Positions 30,502 through 38,314 of a stretch of DNA of 64,000 nucleotides are shown one piece after another. Source of the DNA: a bacterium (lineage in GTDB: Bacteria; SAR324; XYD2-FULL-50-16; G965216635); contig OZ244188.1 of assembly GCA_965216635.1 (NCBI GenBank), positions 160,001-224,000 on the forward strand, given 5' to 3'. The stretch's first letter is position 1; every line of letters starts with the position of its first letter. The translations under genes and the position numbers were made by a program. Under the pieces are notes generated by a model, which saw only the letters and a list, made by a program, of their open reading frames with translations, did not search any database and was not told the DNA's origin.

Positions 30502-31005
30502 TTAGTTTTGTAAAAATTGCAGTATAGTCACAACCAACCCACCAACTGCTAACTGGACTGACACACCCCAAAATAATAAAGAGTTTTTATTTTTTTCTGC
30601 TTCTGTTCTCATCCTTTCTATTTTTAAATCTATATCCTTAAATTTCAGGTCTGTATCGCTTTTGATTTTTGCTATAGTTTCTTTTAGGTCGCTTTTGTTT
30701 TTTTCTGCTTCTGTTCTCATCTTTTCTATTTTCAAATCGGTATCGTTTTTGTTGTCTGCTATTATTCTTATCAAGTCGTTTTTGTTCTCTGAAATGATGG
30801 ATTCCAATCTCCAGATATCGCCTTTGTCCGTAGGAAGAGTGGTATCCAAACCAGTTTCTGTTGTACTAGAAGCCAAAGCTTTTGGGACCAGTTCTACAAA
30901 CTCTCCAATAGCAATCTCTGCGCTCTTTTTTTCTGCACCTAGTCCAATCAAAAGATCGTAGATTTTAGTAGAAGTAAATTTTTGTGCTGTAGTTGTTCTT
31001 AACAT
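30502..31005 (-). CDS. DUF1640/Bdr-like protein, copy 4 (tail X)
   Basis: Same head; LLFWGVSVQLAVGGLVVTILQF TM tail. Confidence 0.85.
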   Translation of the reverse strand: MLRTTTAQKFTSTKIYDLLIGLGAEKKSAEIAIGEFVELVPKALASSTTETGLDTTLPTDKGDIWRLESIISENKNDLIRIIADNKNDTDLKIEKMRTEAEKNKSDLKETIAKIKSDTDLKFKDIDLKIERMRTEAEKNKNSLLFWGVSVQLAVGGLVVTILQFLQN

Positions 31006-31012
31006 TTTATTT

Positions 31013-31537
31013 TTAGTTTTGTAAAAATTGCAGTATAGTCACAACCAACCCACCAACTGCTAACTGGACTGACACACCCCAAAATAATAAAGAGTTTTTA
31101 TTTTTTTCTGCTTCTGTTCTCATCCTTTCTATTTTTAAATCTATATCCTTAAATTTCAGGTCTGTATCGCTTTTGATTTTTGCTATAGTTTCTTTTAGTT
31201 CGCTTTTGTTTTTTTCTGCTTCTGTTCTCATTTTTTCTATTTTCAAATCGGTATCGCTTTTGCTTTCTATTATTTTTCCCTCAATTTCTTTCAGTTTTAT
31301 GTCTGTATCGTTTTTGTTCTCTGAAATGATGGATTCCAATCTCCAGATATCCCCTTTGTCCGTAGGAAGAGTGGTATCCAAACCAGTTTCTGTTGTACTA
31401 GAAGCCAAAGCTTTTGGGACCAGTTCTACAAACTCTCCAATAGCAATCTCTGCGCTCTTTTTTTCTGCACCTAGTCCAATCAAAAGATCGTAGATTTTAG
31501 TAGAAGTAAATTTTTGTGCTGTAGCTGTTCTTAACAT
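31013..31537 (-). CDS. DUF1640/Bdr-like protein, copy 3 (first of unit 2)
   Basis: Same head; lies downstream of the promoter at 31585-31613. Confidence 0.85.
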   Translation of the reverse strand: MLRTATAQKFTSTKIYDLLIGLGAEKKSAEIAIGEFVELVPKALASSTTETGLDTTLPTDKGDIWRLESIISENKNDTDIKLKEIEGKIIESKSDTDLKIEKMRTEAEKNKSELKETIAKIKSDTDLKFKDIDLKIERMRTEAEKNKNSLLFWGVSVQLAVGGLVVTILQFLQN

Positions 31538-31584
31538 TTTACTTTTATAAGGTTTTTATTTTGGTTATTTTATTTGGTTGTTTT

Positions 31585-31613
31585 ATTTTAGCAAACTATT
31601 CTACTAAAGTCAA
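31585..31613 (-). promoter_or_regulatory. Sigma70 promoter of array unit 2
   Basis: TTGACT-17-TAAAAT with extended -10 TG; duplicated at 32851-32879. Confidence 0.75.
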
Positions 31614-31737
31614 GCCCAAAAAAATAAAAAGATTATAGGGAAAAAATTAAAAAAATGTCCCCTGCAATTTTGTTTTTTAGTGGGTTTTGAGGGGGACGCA
31701 GTTTTTAGGTGGGTTTTGACGGGGAGGTATTTTATGT

Positions 31738-32238
31738 TTATGCTACCACTTTTAAGAATTGTAACAATCCAAATATTATAACAATCAATATACCCGTACT
31801 GGTTAGAGTAGTCGCAATAACCCATTTGATTATATGAACTCTACTTTCTGATATTTTTAACTCAAGGTCGCTTTTGATTTTTGCTATAGTTTCTTTTAGG
31901 TCGCTTTTGTTTTTTTCTGCTTCTGTTCTCATCTTTTCTATTTTCAAATCGGTATCGCTTTTGCTTTCTATTATTTTTCCCTCAATTTCTTTCAGTTTTA
32001 TGTCTGTATCGTTTTTGTTCTCTGAAATGATGGATTCCAATCTCCAGATATCCCCTTTGTCCGTAGGAAGAGTGGTATCCAAACCAGTTTCTGTTGTACT
32101 AGAAGCCAAAGCTTTTGGGACCAGTTCTACAAACTCTCCAATAGCAATCTCTGCGCTCTTTTTTTCTGCACCTAGTCCAATCAAAAGATCGTAGATTTTA
32201 GTAGAAGTAAAGTTTTGTGCTGTAGTTGTTCTTAACAT
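31738..32238 (-). CDS. DUF1640/Bdr-like protein, copy 2 (tail Y)
   Basis: Same head; IIKWVIATTL tail as in copy 7. Confidence 0.85.
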   Translation of the reverse strand: MLRTTTAQNFTSTKIYDLLIGLGAEKKSAEIAIGEFVELVPKALASSTTETGLDTTLPTDKGDIWRLESIISENKNDTDIKLKEIEGKIIESKSDTDLKIEKMRTEAEKNKSDLKETIAKIKSDLELKISESRVHIIKWVIATTLTSTGILIVIIFGLLQFLKVVA

Positions 32239-32245
32239 TTTACTT

Positions 32246-32803
32246 TTAGTTTTGTAAAAATTGCAATATAGTCACAACCAACCCACCAACTGCTAACTGG
32301 ACTGACACACCCCAAAATAATAAAGAGTTTTTATTTTTTTCTGCTTCTGTTCTCATCCTTTCTATTTTTAAATCTATATCCTTAAATTTCAGGTCTGTAT
32401 CGCTTTTGATTTTTGCTATAGTTTCTTTTAGGTTGCTTTCGATTTTTGCTATAGTTTCTTTTAGTTCGCTTTTGTTTTTTTCTGCTTCTGTTCTCATCTT
32501 TTCTATTTTCAAATCGGTATCGCTTTTGCTTTCTATTATTTTTCCCTCAATTTCTTTCAGTTTTATGTCTGTATCGCTTTTGTTGTCTGAAATGATGGCT
32601 TCCAATCTCCAGATATCCCCTTTGTCCGTAGGAAGAGTGGTATCCAAACCAGTTTCTGTTGTACTAGAAGCCAAAGCTTTTGGGACCAGTTCTACAAACT
32701 CTCCAATAGCGATCTCTGCTTTCTTTTTTTCTGCACCTAGTCCAATCAAAAGATCGTAGATTTTAGTAGAAGTAAATTTTTGTGCTGTAGTTGTTCTTAA
32801 CAT
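32246..32803 (-). CDS. DUF1640/Bdr-like protein, copy 1 (tail X)
   Basis: Same head with three substitutions; one extra 11-aa module. Confidence 0.85.
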   Translation of the reverse strand: MLRTTTAQKFTSTKIYDLLIGLGAEKKKAEIAIGEFVELVPKALASSTTETGLDTTLPTDKGDIWRLEAIISDNKSDTDIKLKEIEGKIIESKSDTDLKIEKMRTEAEKNKSELKETIAKIESNLKETIAKIKSDTDLKFKDIDLKIERMRTEAEKNKNSLLFWGVSVQLAVGGLVVTILQFLQN

Positions 32804-32850
32804 TTTACTTTTATAAGGTTTTTATTTTGGTTATTTTATTTGGTTGTTTT

Positions 32851-32879
32851 ATTTTAGCAAATTGTCCTATTAAAGTCAA
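32851..32879 (-). promoter_or_regulatory. Sigma70 promoter of array unit 1
   Basis: TTGACT-17-TAAAAT; both boxes are conserved between the two copies while the spacer differs. Confidence 0.75.
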
Positions 32880-32974
32880 GTTCTAAAAAATAAAAAGATT
32901 ATAGGGAAAAAATTAAAAAAATGTCCCCTGCAATTTTGTTTTTTTAGTGGGTTTTGGTGGGGAGGTGGTTTTTT

Positions 32975-33077
32975 GAGGGGCACCGAATTTAGGTGATTCG
33001 GTGCCTCTGCAGAATGTTATCAGTTTTTTGAGGGGCACCGAGAGTTCACTTCTTTTTTAGTGGATTTCTCGGTGCCT
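32975..33077. repeat. Two tandem GC-rich hairpins GAGGGGCACCGA...TCGGTGCCTC
   Basis: Copies at 32975-33007 and 33030-33077 have the same stems and different loops; they follow the stop of the 33088-34344 gene (terminator or REP-like). Confidence 0.7.
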
Positions 33078-33087
33078 CTAAATTCTG

Positions 33088-34344
33088 TTAAAAGCGCCAC
33101 AGCAGGGAAATGCTGACGACTACGGGGGCTTTGATTTCGGCTTCTATCTTCTCCGTTGCTGGAGTTTCAACTTCTTGTATTTCCACATCTCTTGTGCCGA
33201 CTTGGGTTGCTTGTATTCTATTATCGTTTTCCTCGCTGAGGTACAGCAGACCTAATGTATTATATGTGCCACACGGCGAAATATTGCAAATACGCGTTCC
33301 TATCGTGACTGAATCACCACCTTCTCCGGACTGTGTTTCGCTAAAAGTTCTGCCAGTGGGAATCGGAGCAGAAACTGTACGGTTTAGAGAAATACCCGAG
33401 ATATACTTTGTCAAGCTAATATTAAAGAATAGGTTGGGAGTTAAGTTCTCCTTATAGCCTACCGTTAACACGGGACTAGTAGCCGAGGCGCTAGTTGAGC
33501 CATTGGTAAGCTTCATACTCGCTAGACCGCCTCCTGCAAAAAACTCCTCGTGAAAAAAATACTCCGCCATCACCACTGTATTGACGAGCTCGTTAGCTCC
33601 ACCCTTGCCAGTAAAGTGAGTCAGAGAGGCTCTCCATTTTTCTCCTCGCCAGCCGAATTGCAGACCGACACCGTTGAGTGCGTCGCTCTCTGTGCTAGTG
33701 ACGGGGGATTTTGAAAGCGAATCTGGAGTCGCTATCTCATAGGCAGAAAAACTAATAGTGGTTCTGTTGGAGGAATCATCACCGAAAAAATAGCTAAAAC
33801 AAACGGATGTTTTTTCGTCTTTACCATTATATATGTTACCTGGAGAGTCTGTAGTTCCTTCATTAGACGACTTTGTGCCTTCATTAAAGGATTGGAAACT
33901 ATCACTTCTAAAATAATAGTCTGTTCCCTTTGAATCAACAGATGCTTTGCCTTCTTTACAGGTTGCGGTCATTAAAGCGCTTATTCCAGCCATTACTGCT
34001 GGACTGTGAGACGATCTTATTTTAGTAATTTCTATTCCAATGGTTTCGTTTGAATAGGTTACTCCATAGCTAGTAGAAGAGCTTGTGCTAGTTTTTGTGG
34101 TATCTACTCCGAAACCTTGTAGATAGACAATACCAGCAAAAAATCCCTGTTTCGTGCTAGCGCTGCTCTGTGCTTGCAGATTACCTACAAATAACAAACT
34201 CAACAAAACCGCACCTAGCAATACAACGCCATTCCATTGGAAGCTAGCCCGTTGAAAACTCGCCCGTTGAAAACCTGCCTGAGCTACTTTTGTCTCACAA
34301 TTTTTAAGAGGTGTTTTTAACGTTCTTTTTGTTACTTCTTGCAT
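33088..34344 (-). CDS. Outer-membrane beta-barrel protein (OmpA/OMP_b-brl-like) with very large loops
   Basis: Signal peptide (..GNLQA/QSS); strands GFFAGIVYL, GVGLQFGW, VVMAEYFF, FFAGGGL, VLTVGY, FFNISLTKY and terminal VSISLLWRF. Confidence 0.65.
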   Translation of the reverse strand: MQEVTKRTLKTPLKNCETKVAQAGFQRASFQRASFQWNGVVLLGAVLLSLLFVGNLQAQSSASTKQGFFAGIVYLQGFGVDTTKTSTSSSTSYGVTYSNETIGIEITKIRSSHSPAVMAGISALMTATCKEGKASVDSKGTDYYFRSDSFQSFNEGTKSSNEGTTDSPGNIYNGKDEKTSVCFSYFFGDDSSNRTTISFSAYEIATPDSLSKSPVTSTESDALNGVGLQFGWRGEKWRASLTHFTGKGGANELVNTVVMAEYFFHEEFFAGGGLASMKLTNGSTSASATSPVLTVGYKENLTPNLFFNISLTKYISGISLNRTVSAPIPTGRTFSETQSGEGGDSVTIGTRICNISPCGTYNTLGLLYLSEENDNRIQATQVGTRDVEIQEVETPATEKIEAEIKAPVVVSISLLWRF

Positions 34345-34561
34345 AATAATATTTAATAAAGATTAGAAGAGATTAAAATTAGAAATATAACTGAAAAAAA
34401 ATTAAAAGCAAACAAAAAAAACATAACTTTTTATCTTTTTTTAAAATTTTCCTAGTTTAGCCAAAATATAGCAGAAAAAAAATTTAAAAGCAAATAAAAA
34501 AAAAAGAATTTTTAAAATTGGCTTTTTGGGGCTGTTTTTTGGTTTTATTTGGGATTTTTTG

Positions 34562-35527
34562 CTATAGCAGGGTAAAATTTTCTGGTGGAATTACTTTTAT
34601 TTGTTCTAAATCGGATAGTTCTGGACAAGATTCTTTTAGTGTTTCTAAGGCAGTGATGATTTTTTCTTGTTTTTCTATTTCTAAGGGTAGATAGGGAAGT
34701 CTGCTTACTGGTTTGCATAAACCCATCATAGCTAAAACCGTATTGAGCACGATGGGGTTGGGCTCTATAAATAACGAGACAGTAAAGGGTAAAATTTTTT
34801 TCTGTAGTTCTTCGTTGTTTTCATCCATTAAAATCCGAAAAAGAGCGGGGATCACATTGGCTGTTACAGAAATGACTCCGTGTGATCTGCTGGCTTTAGA
34901 TTTGCTGTCTTTAGATTTTTTGGCTTTGACTATTGGGGCGTGTCTGGATTCAAACGCTTGGTCGTCGTTTCCAGACCAGCAGGCAATGGATTTTTTTTCG
35001 TAGTAGTCAATTCTATCACAGCCAGCACATTCTTTGACTCCTATAAAATTGGGGTGTTTTTGTAGTTTTTCTATAATAGTTGGAGTTATATCTTGGGCGG
35101 TTCTACTGGGAACATTATAGATAAAACAGGGGGCAATGTTTAGCGAAGTTTCTAAATGCAATAAAATACCTGCTTCGTTGGTTTTTCCGTAGTAAGGATT
35201 GATCTGTAGACAGGCGTGGCAACCGTTGTCCGTAGCTTCTTGGGTGGCTTGTTTTGCTTCTTTGGTAGAGTTGCTGCCTGTATTGCCAATAATAAGCAAA
35301 TCTTTACCAAAAAACTCTACTGCATAACGAATGAGTGAAATATTTTCTTTCCAACTCATCAAATGCCCCTCTCCAGTAGTTCCGCAGATTACGAGCCCAT
35401 CTGTGCCTGCTTTGATTTGCCTCACTACTAGCTTATCAAAGGCTGCAAAATCTATTTCTCCTGTTTTTTGATAAGGAGTTTTTATAGCAGTTATTAGCGA
35501 GGCTTGTTTGATTTGTGTTATACTCAT
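34562..35527 (-). CDS. dapA: 4-hydroxy-tetrahydrodipicolinate synthase (plant-like type)
   Basis: TAIKTPY, GTTGEG, GNTGSNST, INPYYGKT, YNVPSRT, GVKEC, WSGNDD. Confidence 0.95.
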   Translation of the reverse strand: MSITQIKQASLITAIKTPYQKTGEIDFAAFDKLVVRQIKAGTDGLVICGTTGEGHLMSWKENISLIRYAVEFFGKDLLIIGNTGSNSTKEAKQATQEATDNGCHACLQINPYYGKTNEAGILLHLETSLNIAPCFIYNVPSRTAQDITPTIIEKLQKHPNFIGVKECAGCDRIDYYEKKSIACWSGNDDQAFESRHAPIVKAKKSKDSKSKASRSHGVISVTANVIPALFRILMDENNEELQKKILPFTVSLFIEPNPIVLNTVLAMMGLCKPVSRLPYLPLEIEKQEKIITALETLKESCPELSDLEQIKVIPPENFTLL

Positions 35528-35557
35528 ATCTATGTTATAGTTTTTTTAAATATTTTA

Positions 35558-35698
35558 TAGACTTTTGAATTTGCGTTCTGTTTAGCCTATACAGCGTTGA
35601 AAAAATTTTTTAACTCTTGAAATACTTCAGTATTCCAGCGAGCTAAAAAATTTTTTCGCCTTGCCTAGCCGTCACATAACGCAAATTCAAAAGGTCTA
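35558..35698. mobile_element. MITE-like repeat, complete copy
   Basis: TAGACTTTTGAATTTGCGTT ... AACGCAAATTCAAAAGGTCTA. Confidence 0.8.
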
Positions 35699-35746
35699 TT
35701 TTATTTAATAGTTTTTTTAAAGAATTTTATCTATAATATAGAAATA

Positions 35747-36490
35747 ATGATAGAGTTTGTCAATGTTTATAAATCTTTTGGGGATTTTAAAATTTTACAG
35801 GGAATGAGTCTTGTCTTTCCTAAAAAAAAAACAACGGTTTTATTAGGTCGTTCTGGCACTGGAAAATCTGTTACGATAAAACATATACTTGGCTTTTTAG
35901 CTCCTGATAGTGGAAAGGTACTGATTGATCAAAAGGACACTTCTAAGTATTCCAAAAAGGAGTGGAGAAAGGTGAGGAAAAACATTGGGATTTCTTTTCA
36001 GGGCTCGGCTTTGTTTGATTCTATGAGTGTTTTGGAAAATGTGGCTTTTCCCATTCGTGAGCATAGCAAGATGAGTAATGCAAATATTATAGAAAAAGCT
36101 ATGGAAAAATTAGAAATAGTGGGCTTGAAAGAGCATGTTAAGAAAATGCCTAGTGAACTTTCAGGGGGTATGCAAAAAAGGGCTGCTTTAGCAAGGGCTA
36201 TTGCGTTAGATCCTGAGGTGGTTCTTTTTGATGAGCCTACTTCGGGGCTGGATCCTATAGTAACATCTGTAATAGATGAGCTGGTAAAACAAACTCAAGA
36301 AAAAACGGAGTGCACTTTTATTATTATCAGTCATGATATGACGTCTACTTTCCGTGTTGCTGATAAAGTGGCAATGCTTTATCAGGGTAAAATTTTAGAG
36401 GAAGGCACGGTGGAAGAATTTAAAAATACAACAAATTCTTTAGTGTTGCAGTTTATTCATGGGTCTTTGGATGGTGATTTCAAAATCTAA
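35747..36490 (+). CDS. mlaF: MlaF/Mkl-type ABC ATPase
   Basis: GRSGTGKS, FQGSALFDSMSVLENVAF, LSGGMQKR, DEPTSGLDP; adjacent to an MCE gene. Confidence 0.9.
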   Translation: MIEFVNVYKSFGDFKILQGMSLVFPKKKTTVLLGRSGTGKSVTIKHILGFLAPDSGKVLIDQKDTSKYSKKEWRKVRKNIGISFQGSALFDSMSVLENVAFPIREHSKMSNANIIEKAMEKLEIVGLKEHVKKMPSELSGGMQKRAALARAIALDPEVVLFDEPTSGLDPIVTSVIDELVKQTQEKTECTFIIISHDMTSTFRVADKVAMLYQGKILEEGTVEEFKNTTNSLVLQFIHGSLDGDFKI

Positions 36491-36495
36491 TTATT

Positions 36496-37842
36496 ATGTG
36501 GTCTTTTTTAGCAAAAATCAAAGCAGAAACTTTAGTAGGTATTTTGATAATATCAGGGGTGGGTTTAGTGATTTACAGCTCTATTAAGGTGACTGGTTTC
36601 AAAGATTTTCAGGGTGAGGGGAATATAGTTTATGCTTATTTTGATAATGCCGCTGGATTGTCTCCAAAAACTGCCGTACGTATTGCCGGCATCAAAGTAG
36701 GTCGTATAGAAAATATTAGTTTGGATGAGAGAAAGGCTAAAGTCTCTATACTTGTTTTTTCAGGTTATGCGATTCCAGTGGATTCTATTGCTACTATTAA
36801 AAGTTTAGGGATTCTGGGGGATAAATATGTGGAAATTGCAACAGGTGTAGCAAGCATTCAATTACAAGATGGAGAGATTATTGCTACACAGAACGCTAAA
36901 GGATTGGAGACTGCTATTGAAAATTTGACGGATCTTAGTTTTTCTTTAAAAAGAATTGCTGAGAAAAATGAAGGTGATATTAGAGAACTTATTGCTAATC
37001 TTAAAGTATTTAGTGCAGAATTAAAAACTATTGCGACTAGAGGTGATTTGGGTGATAGTCTTGCTAATCTTAAAGTATTTAGTGCAGAATTAAAAACTAT
37101 TGCGACTAAAGGTGATTTGGGTGATAGTCTTGCTAATCTTGAGTCTATCACGGCTAAAATTGATAAAGGCGAGGGAACTTTGGGACAACTCATCAACGAC
37201 AGCGACACTGTTGAAAAACTTAATGTTGCTTTAGATGATATTGGTAATCTTCTCGGCTCTGCTTCTCGGTGGCAGTATGATGTGGCTTTTGAAGGAGATT
37301 ATCTGGGAAAACAAGGAGTTCTTAAATCAAATTTTGGAGTTAAAATTAGAACCCAAAAGGATAGATTTTATCAGTTTAAGTTAACAAACCATCCTTTTGG
37401 GAAAATAGAAAATAAAACTACTACCCAAACTATCACAGATGCTAGTGGCAATGTGGCAACTAGCACTACCGAAGAAATAATAAAAACAGAAGATTATCTG
37501 CTTTCGTTACAGATTGCAAAAAGGTTTTACGACACGCAATTTAAAATAGGTATTTTTGAAGATACTTTTGGAGTTGGAGTAGAGCAGTTTTTTGGTTTAA
37601 AAGATAGGTTGAGAGTTTATACAGAGGCTTGGAATTTTGGTCGCGAAGACTTGCCTCCACAATCGGTGCTTGGGGGCTCCTACCGCGTGGCAGGTGGATT
37701 ATACTTGAATTTTGGAGTACACGATGTATTTCACAAGGATCCTAAACAAAGAGACTATTTTTTAGGCTTGAAGCTAGAGTTTAAAGAGGACGATCTGAAT
37801 ATTTTAGGGGCTGGGGCTGTGACAGGCGCTATTGCTAGGTAG
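36496..37842 (+). CDS. mlaD: MlaD/MCE protein with helical extension and C-terminal beta-rich domain
   Basis: FDNAAGL...VRIAGIKVG...GILGDKYVEI MCE domain; GEGTLGQLIND. Confidence 0.88.
   Translation: MWSFLAKIKAETLVGILIISGVGLVIYSSIKVTGFKDFQGEGNIVYAYFDNAAGLSPKTAVRIAGIKVGRIENISLDERKAKVSILVFSGYAIPVDSIATIKSLGILGDKYVEIATGVASIQLQDGEIIATQNAKGLETAIENLTDLSFSLKRIAEKNEGDIRELIANLKVFSAELKTIATRGDLGDSLANLKVFSAELKTIATKGDLGDSLANLESITAKIDKGEGTLGQLINDSDTVEKLNVALDDIGNLLGSASRWQYDVAFEGDYLGKQGVLKSNFGVKIRTQKDRFYQFKLTNHPFGKIENKTTTQTITDASGNVATSTTEEIIKTEDYLLSLQIAKRFYDTQFKIGIFEDTFGVGVEQFFGLKDRLRVYTEAWNFGREDLPPQSVLGGSYRVAGGLYLNFGVHDVFHKDPKQRDYFLGLKLEFKEDDLNILGAGAVTGAIAR
36992..37140 (+). repeat. 69-bp (23-aa) in-frame tandem duplication in mlaD
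   Basis: ANLKVFSAELKTIAT(R/K)GDLGDSL x2 with a single nt difference. Confidence 0.95.
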
Positions 37843-38138
37843 ATTTTTGAATTTGTGTTCTGTTTAGCCAGAGCAAGCGTTAAATTTTTTTTTTTGCACT
37901 TTTCTAACCATTTGGCTAGCCTCAATAGTGGGGTAAGCATCAGCGAAATCCTTAAAGATTTATTGAGGTTTAATAAGTAGTGAGAAACTGCTATTTTAAT
38001 GTTTTTTGAAAAAATTTTTGATTTTTTTTAAAAAACTTGAATTTTTTGTTTTAAAAGGGTATTCTATAGAGAAAGCTTGAATTTTTAAGGAGGATTTTAT
38101 TTGCTGAAAGTACAAAATAGACGAAATTCAAAGGTCTA
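37840..38138. mobile_element. MITE-like repeat (left end supplies the mlaD TAG stop), long unrelated interior
   Basis: TAGATTTTTGAATTTGTGTTCTGTTTAGCC...CTAACCATTTGGCTAGCC, then AAATTCAAAGGTCTA at 38124-38138. Confidence 0.7.
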
Positions 38139-38245
38139 TAATAGCACCATTGGCTCTTTTGTATTGCATTTTTGCTAGAAAACATTCATAGCTCTAATTT
38201 GAAATATTAATTTTTTTACTATTTTTACCTGATTCTATTATTTTC

Positions 38246-38274
38246 TTGACAGAAATATTTTTTTCGGCTAGGAT
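38246..38274 (+). promoter_or_regulatory. Sigma70 promoter of the cfpA locus
   Basis: TTGACA-17-TAGGAT, 40 nt upstream of the ATG. Confidence 0.7.
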
Positions 38275-38314
38275 GTTGTAGAATTTAACTTTGACTAACC
38301 AAACATAACAAAAA

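Noticed and set aside
29009..32759. Plus-strand ORFs beginning MIFAIVSF
   Set aside because: They are antisense shadows of the repeated coiled-coil genes.
28873..32803. Array as a CRISPR locus or diversity-generating retroelement
   Set aside because: The repeats are whole in-frame genes without unique spacers. No cas or reverse transcriptase gene is nearby, and the differences are module swaps rather than adenine-specific substitutions.
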